A stretch of 64,000 nucleotides of DNA, taken from contig OX597821.1 of NCBI GenBank assembly GCA_951406725.2, positions 86,614,001-86,678,000 on the forward strand, written 5' to 3'. The notes beneath the pieces are model-generated. The model was not told where the DNA came from. It ran no database searches and was given only the letters and a program-made list of their open reading frames with translations. Origin of the DNA: Octopus vulgaris. Its lineage: Eukaryota. Position numbers and translations under genes: made by a program. Shown here one piece after another: positions 50,366 to 64,000 of this stretch (the stretch's first letter is position 1; each line of letters starts with the position of its first letter).

Positions 50366-51881
50366 AGTAGTGTGTGACTTAGCTGCTTTTCTAGTATTTC
50401 TATCATATCAAATGACCATATAGAGGCTACAACTTCACTGACTTGTGCTTACCTCAGGTACTACTGTTGCATGATAAAATTTCATAATGAAATTGATAGC
50501 AAATCAACTCCAACCTTTCCACATTAACAAAGATTCCATCACAGTTGAGAAAATATTTCAAATGACTTTCCAACATGAAGTAGAAGAAATATGTAGTTTG
50601 TTCACTTGTTTCTTTAATGTTAGTTTCTCTATGCTAGCATGAACTGAGCAGTGGCTTATTTGAGGCAGTATTTTACAATTGGATGCCCTCCATGTCGCCC
50701 ACCTTTAACTATTTTTCAAGTATGGGATTTTTATATTTCATTGATTTTCAATGGCACAGAGCAGCTGGTCGTAATGTTTTCATTCTGATAATGACAAGCA
50801 AAGGTATGGAATGTGAACAGTCAAACACACACACACAACGTGCATATGTAAAGGGTTTTAAGGAAAATGAATTGATTTATATACTTTTTGTTTCTATTTT
50901 TTTTTAAGTAAAAGATACAAAATTTGATACTTTTAGATTTGTGACTGATGATTTGGGGAATTTCAAAAGTAGGTCCCCAATGTACTGACGTGCTGTGACT
51001 GGATCATGGCAGTATTAAATATCCCATCAGAACAAAACCTACCAGATAGGGAAGAAGAATTTTTCTTAGTGCAATAAACCTGATCATATAGTTTGCCTTA
51101 TTTCATCCGTAATACTGTGCCTCAGTCAGTCTGGCTTGTGCCCATAGTAGAGGACATACTCCCCTGCTTACTTCAGTTTACCTGGATCAATGGGGGCCTA
51201 TCTTCACTTTGCTGGGGTATAATTAAAGTGAGGTAGCTGGCTCTAACTATAAAAATAGATAATACCTCAACATTTTCTATACAAGCATAATTGTGGAATC
51301 CTTTATGCTATTAAATATACCGAAGATATATATTACTTGACTACTGAGGTATAAAGGTGACAGTTAAGGTGCTGGGCACTTGGCAACATGCTAAATTCAG
51401 ATCTTAGAGTTGTCATTGCTTTATGCCCCTGATCAAGATACATAACTCTAATCTAGTTTACTTGATGGAACAAAATAAGCCAAAAATTGGTCTATCCCCA
51501 TAATTCATTGAAACAATAACATGAATGGAAAATGGAGACAGATTATATTGTACCCAAGTGTGTGAAAATGAGCTGTTTTAAGGAAATATAACTGTTATAT
51601 GTAGCAGGTTGAAGTGACATGTAAAGGTTTCTTTGTTGGCACACAAGTACTGCAAGGTGTGAAAGTTCATGATGATGTGGTTGTCTCAGATATGAGATTA
51701 ATTTTGCTGGTTATTTTTATACATTTTTTTTCTGTTATCTTCTCTTTCAATGAAATATCTTCAGTGAGTTTATGTAGAGTAGAGCAAAATATACAAAAAG
51801 AAAAAGAAAAACACTAGAAGACGGACAGTAATGAAATACCGGTTCCTTTTTAAAAAAAAAAGTTTTTTATAAAAACAAGTA

Positions 51882-52286
51882 GGCGCAGGAGTGGCTGTGT
51901 GGTAAGTAGCTTGCTTACCAACCACATGGTTCCGGGTTCAGTCCCACTGCAGGGCACTTTGGGTAAGTGTCTTCTACTATAGCCTCGGGCCGACCAGAGC
52001 CTTGTGAGTGGATTTGGTAGACGGAAACTAAAAGGAGCCCGTCGTATATATGTATATATATATATATATGTGTATGTGTGTCTGCATTTGCCCCCCCCCC
52101 CCAACATCGCTTGACAACCGATCCTGGTGTGTATACGTCCCTGTAACTTAGCGGTTCGGCAAAAAGAGAGCGATAAAATAAGTACTAGGCTTACAAAGAA
52201 TAAGTCTTGGGGTCGATTTGATCGACTGAAGGCGGTGCTCCAGCATGGCCACAGTCACATGACTGAAACGAGTAAAAGAGAGAGAG
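51882..52286 (+). mobile_element. SINE family A
   Basis: Full-length match. Confidence 0.9.
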
Positions 52287-53344
52287 TGATGAAATAGAAG
52301 TATTGTAAAATACCGGTTCCTTTTTCAAAAAAAAAATTTTTTTTATAAAAACAAGTGTTATTGAAGTAGCAAGTAAAATTTAAAACTAACCTAATGAATT
52401 ATAGTTTGTCCAAACAAGTTATAAAACTAGTTCTGTGACACTCACAGCAATGTGTGTTACATTTAACTATTTTAAGTATAGGCTCCCATTATCTCTCTTT
52501 TGTGTGAATCATTCTTTCTCAAGGTTATTGTTGCTTAATTTTCAGTTTTTTTTTCTTTTTTAAATATGAGATGGGGTTGGCGGAGTGAGGAATAACAGTT
52601 TTGCTGTTGTATAATGGGACAAAACAAAGAGAATTATTTAAACTGTGTTAGAATAGTTATCATAGTTACTGTGTGTATAATATAAAGAAAAATGAATAGC
52701 TGTCATTACTGTATGACTGTAGATAAATTATATAACTTATTTAGACCTGATGGCAGATAAATCTGAATAAAGGCAATCTGGCTATGACCATCCTATCCTA
52801 TGCTGCTGCCTTCTGATATAGAGTACCAAAGACTATTTTATCCTATGTACCTTGCACATATTTAAATGTCAGGACAAAGTTTCAGAGAGATGCAGCTACT
52901 TTTTGTAGCAGGTTACACGGTAGAATAGAAGCTCCCCATGTCAGTTCATTTTAGTAGGATATGCATAGTAGGATATAGTAACAAGACACTGAATCTGCAG
53001 TCACGATGGGTCTTATTGCTAATGTATTATATTATCCTATGTCCTCTTTATATTAAGATTTAAAGGGGAAATGCCAACTGACATTTAAGAAAATCTGAGT
53101 GTGTGTAGATATGCACAGACATACACATGGATTTCATTAGAGAGAAATAGAGGGATAAGTGTGACTCAGATTTCACTGGCAATGGCTTGGTAAACAGCTG
53201 TTTCCGGCAAAACTTCGATGTCACAGTCACATTGTATTTCTGTCTGATAAAATATTTAGACTTTGCTCCTATATCAAGTCATTTTTACAGTAAATATGAC
53301 TTGTTACTTTGAAATTAATTTTTAAAAACAAACACCAACTTATA

Positions 53345-53567
53345 TACGTATATGTTTGTGTGTCTATGTTTGTTCCCCCTTCATTGCTTGATAACCGATG
53401 TTGGCATGTTTACGTCCCTGTGACTTAGCGGTTCAGCAAAAGAGACCGATAAAATAAATACTAGGCTTACAAAATATAAGTCCTGTGGTCGATTTGTTTG
53501 ACTAAAAAGGCAGTGCTCCAGCATGGCCACAGTCGAATGACTGAAACAAATGAAAGAATAAAAGAAT
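53345..53567 (+). mobile_element. SINE family A, 3' half
   Basis: Matches from the internal microsatellite to the tail. Confidence 0.8.
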
Positions 53568-54370
53568 ATGTTGTGACTATAAAGGACTCGCTGTCAGTGA
53601 CTCAAAAACTTTATAATGCCAGGTTTATAAAATTCAGATGGTTCCCAGGCCACATATGCACAGTGGATCTCAGCTCAGCTGAAGTGCTATTGTTTCTTAT
53701 TAACATAATTATGCAACTTTCCTAGATAACTATTAATCAAGTAAACAAAGTTTCTTTTAGTATTACATTTAATACAGTTGTGTTGTGAGGTGAGATGACT
53801 TAGGTGGATAGGGTGTATAGATTGTCTGTTCACAAGTTGTGAGTTCAAACTTATTGCTGGAATTTCATTGGGGTTCTGGGCAAAACACTATCTTACATTA
53901 CTTCACTTTACCCAGATGTTAAGAATATCCTTAAGGTCATATAAGATTGTTAACTGTGATAGTCTAGCATCTTCTCCAGAGAAAAGTTTTTCTCTCACCT
54001 ACTTCATGACATAGAAGTAGAACTAGATCTTGGCCTTTAAGCGTCCTCCAGGTTTAGGCAACTAGAAGCAAAACTAGAGCATTGTAAGAGTGCAAACTAT
54101 TTTACACTGACTATTTCAAGAGATAGGCATCTCAAGCTCTCTAACTTTTAATTGTGAAGATATCAGTGACTTTTGCTTAATACACCCACATATATGCATT
54201 CACACACAGCTTCATTCTTGAGAAATAGGCTGTCGACTAAATAAAAAAAGATGATTATCCTCTTTTTATATAGCCATGATTGCAATATATTGTCATAATA
54301 TTTAGGCTTTTAAATGATCCCCATTTTAAATATGGATGTTTGCTGAAAGAAATTTGTTTTCTACATTCCT

Positions 54371-54592
54371 TGAGAAGACTCATCAAACCAAGTGAAATCA
54401 TAGTCATGGCCAATGCCGGTATCATGTGACTGGCACCGATGCCGGTGACATGTAAAAAGCACCCATTATGTTCTTGGAGTGGTTGGCATTAGGAAGGATA
54501 TCCAGCTGTAGAAACCATGTCAAATGCCAGTTACCAGTTCCAATCAAGCTATCTAACCTATGCAAGCATGGAAAGCAGATGTTAAATGATGA
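54371..54592 (+). mobile_element. Diverged RTE family A 3'-end fragment
   Basis: GAGAAGAC..ATGCCGGTGACATGTAAAAAGCACC..GGCATTAGGAAGG..GTTAAATGATGA. Confidence 0.7.
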
Positions 54593-57367
54593 CAGTGGCA
54601 TTGATTTAGTCAAGCAACTAACTAGAAGAGTGACTTAGTGCATTGCTGGTTTTTGTCTCTGGTAAGTTAGTGGCATAGCTGTAATATAGTAATGAAATAT
54701 AGTTCCTATTTTCCTCATAGTTCTTATTTTCTGCTAGGTGATGTAGACTATCAGTAGTTAACTTTCCTTGGCAGAAAGGTAATGTAGGACTATAACTGAT
54801 ATTGAACTCTTAACCCTTTCTCACAAGCTGTGACGTTAATACAATCATGTAAAATGGTTTTAAAAAAAAAAGGGTTGGGGCAGGAAGAGAAAGGCTATGT
54901 GGTGTGGGGATAAGAGTATTGCTTGTTTCTTTATACATATGTCATGTTCAACATCACAGTGGTATTAATGTGAAATGTTTTAGTAGTGGGTGAAAAAGCC
55001 TCCCCAACCACTGAACAACCCGAACCTAGCCAAAACAGAGTCACAAGTGTCTTAGATTGTGTAAATTTTGTTTCACTCTGTTAGGCTTCATGTCCTACTA
55101 TTGTATGATTCTGATGTTTATCACAAAAAAAAAGAAAAGTCTGGTGGAGGGGCAGGTTTTGCTGAAAACTGAACTGTCAGATTGGAATGAGACTAAGTGA
55201 AGTAAAATAAGCAGCCACGCCTACAGAACTTCCTACTTCCTAAATAGATGTGATAAAAATAGGTGTCTTTAATTTTCTTTACTTACGTTTTTTAATATAC
55301 TTTATTAATCCTAATATGTTTTCAAAAATGGTTCTATGGACGACCAAGTACGCCAAATTTGATTATGTTTTACTGTTACTAATACCAGTAACTTGTTTCT
55401 GATGTTCTTCAATTTGTCTTCATTCATTTTATCTCCTTTAAATGTGTTTGGCTGTGACTGTTTAAAACAAATTGTCATCTGAGACTGCCTCTGATTCTTT
55501 GATCGAAATTTGCATCTTTCAAAGTGTCCTCATTTAAATTTAAATGTTCTATGATAATTTTATCAAAGTCATTTTTGTCAAGTTGTGTTTAGAACACCAG
55601 TTTAATAATGAAAGATCCTTCGGATTTTTTTATTATTTTCAAAATGAATTCTAACACATGGAAACTCATTAGATACATGGTCATAACAGGGTTAAATAGC
55701 AAATGCTACGCTGTTCTTGCAAGTACTCTTGACAAGCCATGTCTGTGACACAGTTTGGAGTCTGTCTTAGAGACATTTCACTTCATTCAAATTAGTAATG
55801 TCCTTGAGAGAGGCATGAATGAATCTGACATTATCTGATTTGTTTTCTTCCGTCCCATTAATCATGTTGATATTAAACCTGCCCAACACACCTCTGATCC
55901 CTTCCATATTAGTAACCCACTTGAAACCGTCTCGACTTGAATGTTCATATTCAAATTAAAAATCGGATAGTATGAGATTTCAGTAGGGAAATGGTCCAAA
56001 TTAGTTCTATGTAAGAACATTCTGTGAAGTTTTATTTCATACAATAATTTAATATATACTAAATGAAAAAAACAATACAGTTACTTTATTGAAAATCATG
56101 AATATTTTGGAAAATAATCAAAACCTGGTATATCTTGGTTAGAAACCTGTTTAAGAAATGGCTAAATGGTTATGAAATGGTTCAGGGAAAGCCAAACAAT
56201 TTTATTTTTTAAGTTGAAAAATTATTTGAATTCATATTACATGTTGTGCATGCAATTTGGTTCAATAAATTTAATGCTTTTATTTTGGAGGAAAGAAGAT
56301 GCCTTTGTTTTGGAATTTTTTATATCTTTTTTTTAATGGCAGAGTGTACGATATTAACCTATCAATTGAAATTAATCATTAACAAGGATTGTCCAAAATA
56401 GTACACCATATAATAGCATCTGCCCTTTCTCTTTACACAAACTCTTCGGTTTTGATTGAGATAGGGCAGCAGAAATAGCCTTTCCAATAAAAGCTGAAGA
56501 GCAGAAATGAGTTATAGATGGAGGATGAAAAGTCTGAGTAGGATTCTGAAGTATGGATTTCATACTTGTAGGGGATGGTCACCTAGTCCCAGGCTTCTAC
56601 ATTGGAATGTAAAGCACAGATGTTTGTGTAGGAAAATGTTTTGTACCAGAGTTAATTTTTTTTGTCAATAAAATGTTTGTTCTATCGCATTTTCTACCCT
56701 TTGAAATCTCTAAACATGTCAACATTTTGTAATTTGAATGGAAATAGAACTATTTTGTTTTTTGTTTCCACAAGAACTGGTATTATATTTTGTTGTGTTA
56801 AACTCTGTTATGTTATTGTAAGCTCTTTTGTTTTTTATGCTTTTTAATTTAAAACACATCTGTCTCGGAGATCAATGAAAATTTTAGAAAAGAGAGTGCA
56901 TGTGTATCTGTGTGTTATTTTTACAAGGAAAAGGTTGATGGCAACTTGAATGTTTCAGCTTAGCAGCCTTCGCCAATCTGTCTGTCCGATCCTTCAATTT
57001 ATGTTTGGCTGATTTTATGTCAAAGAATGAAGAGCACATAATATAATTGATGCATGAATTAAATTATATATTGACATCTAGTTGGTTTTGACAAGTTCCG
57101 TCATTCCCAATTTTAAAACAGATGTCTTCAGACGTCTGGATAATTTGTGGATATCTGGACAGCATCAACCAAGTAATATGTCATTGAGAACTGAGAGGAG
57201 TTCCTATCTACTTCCATTCAGAGCATTCAATACATCCTGGGAAAAATTAAGATTGTTTACAATTTTTGATTATAGGGGAGTGAGTGATGAATTAAGTAAA
57301 AGTATTGTGTCCTTAATGATGTGGAGTTGTTAAGTTCCAACAGTAGCAATTAAAAAAGATTCAAGTG

Positions 57368-57586
57368 AGGTCATTGCCAGTACTGCCTGACTAGCTCCAT
57401 GCCAGTGGCACGTAAAAGCACCCACTACACTCTCGGAGTGGTTGGCGTTAGGAAGGGCATCCAGCTGTAGAAACTCTGCCAGATCAAGATTGGAGTCTGG
57501 TGCGGCCGTCTGGTTTGCCAGCCCTCAGTCAAAATCGTTCAACCCTGCTAGCATGGAAAGTGGACATTAAATGATGATGATGATGA
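57368..57586 (+). mobile_element. RTE family A 3'-end fragment
   Basis: GGCGTTAGGAAGGGCATCCAGCTGTAGAAAC..(ATG)n. Confidence 0.85.
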
Positions 57587-57862
57587 ATAAGAAAATAAGA
57601 TGAGGATTAGAATATAATTCCAGTGCAATGATAAGATGAAGAAGTAAAAAGGAAAAGAAAGAATATTGTTGCTATTATGCAAAAGTGTCGTAAACCCAAA
57701 ACATTGCTTTTTCAGAAAACGTAAAAGTAGTTTCACCATTCCATTTCTTTTTACATTAGCAATGGTTTCAGCTTCACAATAATATTTTGTTGGGAGCATA
57801 AAATCATAACTCCATGCAGGTATGATATTTTCAGTCAGAAATACTTTTTCAAAACTGTCATA

Positions 57863-58263
57863 GGCGCAGGAGTGGCTGTGTGGTAAGTAGCTTGCTAACC
57901 AACCACATGGTTCCGGGTTCAGTCCCACTGTGTGGCATCTTGGGCAAATGTCTTCTGCTATAGCCCCGGGCCGACCAATGCCTTGTGAGTGGATTTGGTA
58001 GACGGAAACTGAAAGACGCCCGTCGTATATATGTATATGTATATGTATGTGTGTTTGTTTGTGTGTCTGTGTTTGTCCCCCTAGCATTGCTTGACAACCG
58101 ATGCTGGTGTGTTTATGTCCCCGTTACTTAGCGGTTCGGCAAAAGAGACCGATAGAATAAGTTCTGGGCTTACAAAAAGAATAAGTCCCGGGGTCGAGTT
58201 GCTCGATTAAAGGTGGTGTTCCAGCATGGCTGCAGTCAAATGACTGAAACAAGTAAAAGAGTA
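57863..58263 (+). mobile_element. SINE family A
   Basis: Full-length match. Confidence 0.9.
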
Positions 58264-59988
58264 ATATGTGGGACTTACTACACTTTTGGAAAATGCTAAA
58301 CCATTGTACAACACTTTGACAATTTTCATATCTTGGCATCTGGAGATATGATAGTTTGACCAAAAGAACCGGTTATTTATTGCAAGCAAAATTAAGTATT
58401 GAAAAATATGCATTTGGCCAAATAATAGCAGTGATATGTATTTATCGTCTGGCTTGGTTGGACAGATGTATTATCAGGGGTTGTGTTCATTTCTAAAAAC
58501 TATGCATACATGCATTCACCTCTTTGCTGGCTCATAAACACAATATCTAAATAAAGGTGGCTACATTCAGATACATAAGATGAATTTATCTGTGTGATTA
58601 CATTTTCTAAAGTCTTCCGACTTAGCTTTTAAGTAAATCCCTGATTTCATTGAATTGAGATCATCCTTTTCTTTTAGTGCATAGGTCACATATGTTGCTA
58701 CTATTTTTATAAATCCTTGATCTTGAACTTTCAACAATCCTCCAGATGATATTATAGTTTAAAGCATTTTATTTTAAAGTCTAGATATAACTTGAGAGTT
58801 TCGTTGCATTCCATTCATCCAGGTTTCTGAAAGATAATTGTAAGATCTTATTTTAAATTTCCCTTCTGTCATTCCAATGTAGCATGCTTCAGTTGTACCA
58901 ACTACCAGCTTTGTTGAGATAACCATTGTTTCGTATTTCATGGCCCCTCTATTAGCAAGCTCCTTGCATCAGGTATTTTGTTGTTTTACATGGACTATGA
59001 TTACTCATGTAGAAACACCAAATTTCAATATTCTTCTCCAAATTTCAAGGTTCTTCTACAAAATAATTGAATGATATTTATTGAACTAAAATTTTTCAGC
59101 ATAGATATTTATTGAACTAAAATAAAATTAAACAAAACAAATTTCTCATTTCTAGATTTGCAATAAATATATCTTATCAACAGTGATAATACTGTTTAAT
59201 TTATCAATTACAATAATACTATAATATTCTGATTCTATTATTCTCAAGGACAGTATATTACCTTGTTTACAAAATGATCAATTTCATGTAACTAACAAAC
59301 AGAAAAAATCAATTAGTGTACCTATGTAAAATTACCTGATATTATCTACCCTGGAGCAATGTATATTCCCAACATTACTTGTCATATGATAGGTAACACT
59401 CTATTGTGAAAATAAAGGCTTTTATACACTAGCAATGAAACAGTTAATTTTGGAGATTGTTGGGATAGGAGGTAAGTTGTAGAATGAGAAGGAAATTGAG
59501 GAGGAAAGGTTAGAAAAGTTGTAATAGTAGATGAAGGTAGTGGAGATAAATTATTAGTTGTAATTGTATTCTAAGAGGTTTAGTAAAAGTAGTAGAGGAA
59601 ATGAGGTGTCTTGTAATAATAGTAGATAGTGGGAGAGGGAGGGAGAGTACATTTATATAATGTTGCATTACCAAGCAACCAATGATTATTATTATTAGTA
59701 TGATTGTGTGTGTGACTATCAATATTTGTTTCATTATGTTCATCTGTATGTTTGTGTGTTTGTATGTCGATCTTTTTGACTTCACTCTTGGTAACTTACT
59801 CAAGTAACTGATACATTAACAACCAGTTTGTAAGCCACAAATACTCCATTCTTATCTCATCACTCCTCACATTGATATCGGTGTTAATTAGTATTATATG
59901 TCTAGTGTCCTGCTACAGAGTTCTATCTCTGTTGATGTGCTATGTTCATAGTTGAGTAGCGTTTTAACTAGAATTAGTTATGTCTTAA

Positions 59989-60209
59989 CCCTTTAGCATT
60001 CAAACCGGCCATATCCGGCCCAAATATTCTACTTGTTTTATGCTCAAATTGACCAAATCCAACCTTTCATACCTATCCCACAATGTGATTCTGAAAAATA
60101 AGCAATCACATTATTGAAATCTTAAAGCTATGAGACAGTTCAGGGTTGATTCAAAACAATGTGAATAAATAAGCATTAGATTTGACAAAGTAATCTGAAT
60201 GCTAAAGGG
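59989..60209. mobile_element. piggyBac-type MITE
   Basis: TTAA|CCCTTTAGCATTCA ... TGAATGCTAAAGGG|TTAA: perfect 14-bp TIRs and TTAA TSD. Confidence 0.9.
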
Positions 60210-61207
60210 TTAAGTGTTGGGTTGTATCTATAAATATGTAGTGTTATCTTTAGTGTTGTGCTGAGTCTGTAATGTTATTGTGTCTCCAGTATTGTGTTTG
60301 TTGTTGCGTTTCTGGTTTTGTATTAAGCATCTCTTACTATTTGTCTATTGTGGTTCTCTTTGCTCCTTTTTTTTTTTTTACCTTCTTTCCTCACTCTCAC
60401 TCACCTCTTCCTACATCGTCACTCAGCTCTGAATTAGCCACCTCACTCCACTTTCCCACCATCGTTGATGATCCTAAGTTTCTCTTTGAATCCCCTTTTC
60501 ATTCTGCTTCCTCACTTCCACCATAAATTAAACAATAAAAAAAAAGATGGCCTGTAAAGGGTATGTAACTGTCCTAGAACATGTTCTCGCCTAATCTCCC
60601 CTCTTTCCCTTCTGAAATATCTAAGGACAGGGGAGAAAAGGAGAGAACCAGTGAGTGAATAGATTCGGGGAGAGTAAACAACTGGTTAACATTGCAAAAT
60701 TAGGTTTTTATTTGGACAGTTTTTTTTATGCAACAATTGTGACTGCTTGTGTGTTGGAAGAGCAGAAGAGTAAACTGGGACACAGAGTTATATAGGAGGT
60801 AGTATTTAGCTTGTAGAGTGGAAGGTAGAGAGAGAAGGACTGTCACATTGGTTGATGTGTTGAAGAACTAGGTAGTGGAGTGGGGTTTTAAAGTAATGCT
60901 GTAGATCATAAGAGGGAAATAAAGCAGGTGGTTGTGGTGGTACTTTACTGTTTGGTTGTTTGAATGGCAAGGTATATTGTGCTATGCATATATGTATGGA
61001 AACCTACACTTTTTTTTAGATTATTTTAATTTGACAAAACCCTCTCTAGCATGTAAACGCCAATGCCTTTGATACTCAGACTGAATATCTGAAAATTAAT
61101 GCCTTGTGGTTAAAATGAGTTTGTGAAGAAATTCGTAAGGCTGGAAGATTGATGTTTAGTGGATCTGGTTGCAATATGACAATAGTGATGATGAGAGATG
61201 AAGAAGT

Positions 61208-61237
61208 GGCCTTTTGGCTAAGATCAAAGTGTAGTAT
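61208..61237 (+). pseudogene. Truncated U2 snRNA 5' fragment
   Basis: GGCCTTTTGGCTAAGATCAAAGTGTAGTAT matches U2 nt ~11-40 (stem I and the branch-point recognition sequence GUAGUA); no Sm site or 3' stems follow. Confidence 0.8.
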
Positions 61238-64000
61238 TGTATTGGGTAGATTTAGCTAGAAGTGATTCGCTGCTTGCTAATTCAGAAAGAATAAATTTTG
61301 CAGAAGATAACTCTGGAATACGAACACAGGCAGATTCCTAGTTATAAATGTCCAGCTTTTGTAACATCTGCAGTCATGAACCAAATTCCATGAAGCCTAT
61401 TATATTAAAAGAAATTCAAATGTATAGGCAAGATACTTCACAATGCCCATTGAAACATTGCAGGGTTTTTGGCAGGGTTTCAGAAAAAAAAAAGCCACGT
61501 TTTCCCCAACTCTTTACACTCTGAATTCAAACCCCACTTAAATCAACTTTACCTTTCATCCTTTTGAGGCTAATAAAATAAAGTCAAGCATTGAGGTATC
61601 TACTCATCCACTTCCCTAAAAAATTACTGGCCATGTACCTAAATCAGAAACCAAGCAGTGAGCTGCAGAATCTTTAGCACACTGGGCAAAATGATTAGCA
61701 GCATGTTGGCCACCTTTACATTCTGAGTTCAATTTCTACCAAGGTTGACTTTGTCTTTCATCCCTTTTGGGGTCAGGGGTTAATGCAATTGGCTCATCTC
61801 TTCCCACAAAATTGCTAGCCTTGTGTAATATAGTAGAAAGGATTATTATTATATTTGCCTTTCATCCTTTCAGTATTAGTAAAATTAAGTACAATTCAAG
61901 TAGTGGAATAGATTTAACTGTCTAAATTTTCCTTCTCAAATTTCTAGCCTTGGCAGTATTTTTAGAGTGTTAAACAAAATGCCTTGTGGTATTTCTTCTG
62001 GCTCTTTATCTTCTGAATTCAAATCCCTCTTTAACATAGCCACAAGATCTGAAACTTCATGGAATGACGTAAGGTTACACTGACTCTAGAGCTTGGCTGA
62101 TACTCTAATTTATTGACTGCAGTGAGACGAAAGGCAATGGTGACCTTGCCTGAATTTTAATTAAAACTGTAAATAGTCAGAACAAAAATTGCAAGGCATT
62201 TGTCCAAACACTCTGGCCAGTCATTTTTTAGTAGGCCAGAATAAACTGAAAAAATAATTATCTGCTGTTATTCTGATAATTTATATCTATTCTACTTGAA
62301 ATTAGATTAGCTGTTGTTTATTTGTTGTTGTTGTTCCACAATGTAATAGTTTGCTTTTGTTGGTTCTTTTAGCCTGATTTCACTACCAACAGACTAAAAA
62401 TAAACATGAGAAAAGAGTTTAAAAGTTACATTTCAAACTTGTTCATTGTTGCAGTAGCTAAGTTATCTTGTCTGGAATAATTTATGACTGAAAAATGCAT
62501 ACAAAATCATCTTTATGTCCCAGTTCTTGCATTTGATCACCACAAAGATTCACTGTCTTGCTCATCTTTTGGGAATTGTTAAAATAACTACCAATAAAAA
62601 GTACCTTTGCTTTTCTTCCTTCTTCCTATTTTTTGATAAATAAAGTCAATTTAATTAACTACACCCGTCCTTCTTCAAACTTGTTTGGTGTACTAGTGTT
62701 TAGAAATTATGACAATTGACTAACAGTCTCAGGGGAACCAAGGGGAAAATGTCTTACATTATTTAGTTCTGAATTTAATTTCATTAAGGTTGACTTTGCC
62801 TTCCATGCTCTCTTCCAGGAGTGACAAAATATGTTCTGGAGTTAGTGTACTTGACTGTTCTCCTCAACCAAAACTTGTGATCTTGCGCATGTGTTAGTAT
62901 CATCATCATCATGCACCTCTGTATTTTTCAGGTGCATGCAGCATTGCCTTTTGGGACTGTAGAAGTGTGTTTTGTATTCTACATCAGTTTTGCTTTGCTC
63001 TGTGTGTGTGTGTGGCATGTGGCAGGGGGAGTATTTCTGGTGTCAATACAGTACCTTGTTTCTTTGGGTGATGCTTGTGCTTCAGGTGTGTTGTGTTATG
63101 TCCTTTAGTGTTCAGGCAGTAATTGTGTAAAGCATGTATTGTGAGTCAGATTATAATGTCAGGTCATGATTATGCAGAGTATTTACAGTATGAGTTCTGT
63201 TACATTATAGCATGGTAGTTGTTTAAAATGTGAGTTTTGGTGTAGAGGATGTGTTTGTATAGAGCACTTGTCCTCAACCTTTTGGTAGCTCAGTACCCCC
63301 TTTCACAGAAGGGCATTTTTAGGGGACTGTACCTCTGAAAAACTTAAACCTTGCGTATAATAATACACCCTTTCTCTAACTTGAGTCGTGCGTAATTAAG
63401 CCAGCAGCACCTAGTCAAACAAACACTTCCGCGCATGCATAATACAATAATGGGAATGTAAATATGTTTGCAAATTGTTTTTGTTACATGTTATTCTGTG
63501 TTCTGAATACTTTTATTTTAATAAATGTTGCTTACTGCAAGTTATGGATGATTCTTTTATGACTTCATTGCTTTCAGGCTTAGCTTAAGGTATTTTCACG
63601 CCCAACATCACAAAATGCATCTGAATAAACATTGCCGGACAGCAAATAGAGACTCGGACATTGCTTAGAAAATATTTTTCATTTTTAACCTCGTATATAG
63701 TATACACTAAGTATTTTGACCTTTAAATTTTGGGGGGAAAAATGCGGATTATACTCGAGGATTTATGGTAATTCTTTTGAAATACTCTGAAAGACAAAGC
63801 AAACTAAGCCTTTCTTGTGGTCCATGTTGTTTTGAAAGTAAAAGTACAGTACCTTCTTTGCAGCTAAGAACTAATGCAGGGAAATAAATCCATAGCCTCT
63901 CCAGACATGCAGTTGTTGTCTCATGACCCATTTATTTGAGCTGAATGTCAATAGCTTTTGTTGATGGAATGCCAACATTTGTTGATGGCACAAAGCAGGC

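Noticed and set aside
63260-63770. Possible hAT 5' end near 63268 and a pogo-like TIR at ~63744-63770
   Set aside because: Matching partner ends and TSDs were not found.

Overview
AT-rich, repeat-dense animal genomic DNA; the mix of tRNA-derived SINEs and RTE LINEs suggests a coleoid cephalopod, probably Octopus (inference). Two genes appear to lie head-to-head around a purine-rich spacer. On the - strand is an unidentified protein-coding gene, reconstructed here from two exons the ORF track misses (4819-4760 and 111-<1). On the + strand is a non-muscle myosin II regulatory light chain gene (sqh/MYL9/MYL12-like): probable non-coding exon 1 ending at 6950, a ~35.4 kb intron 1, first coding exon 42359-42546, and a >21 kb intron 2 running off the window. 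The rest is intronic: many SINEs, RTE and CR1-like LINE fragments, hAT, Tc1-mariner and piggyBac MITEs, a Helitron, Penelope-type hammerhead motifs and a truncated U2 snRNA fragment. Almost all entries in the ORF track are spurious repeat translations. I found no clearly novel biological system. The best leads are the hidden divergent gene, a candidate alternative RLC exon giving an in-frame N-terminal extension, a sense-strand intronic hammerhead, and inverted repeat pairs that could be ADAR substrates.
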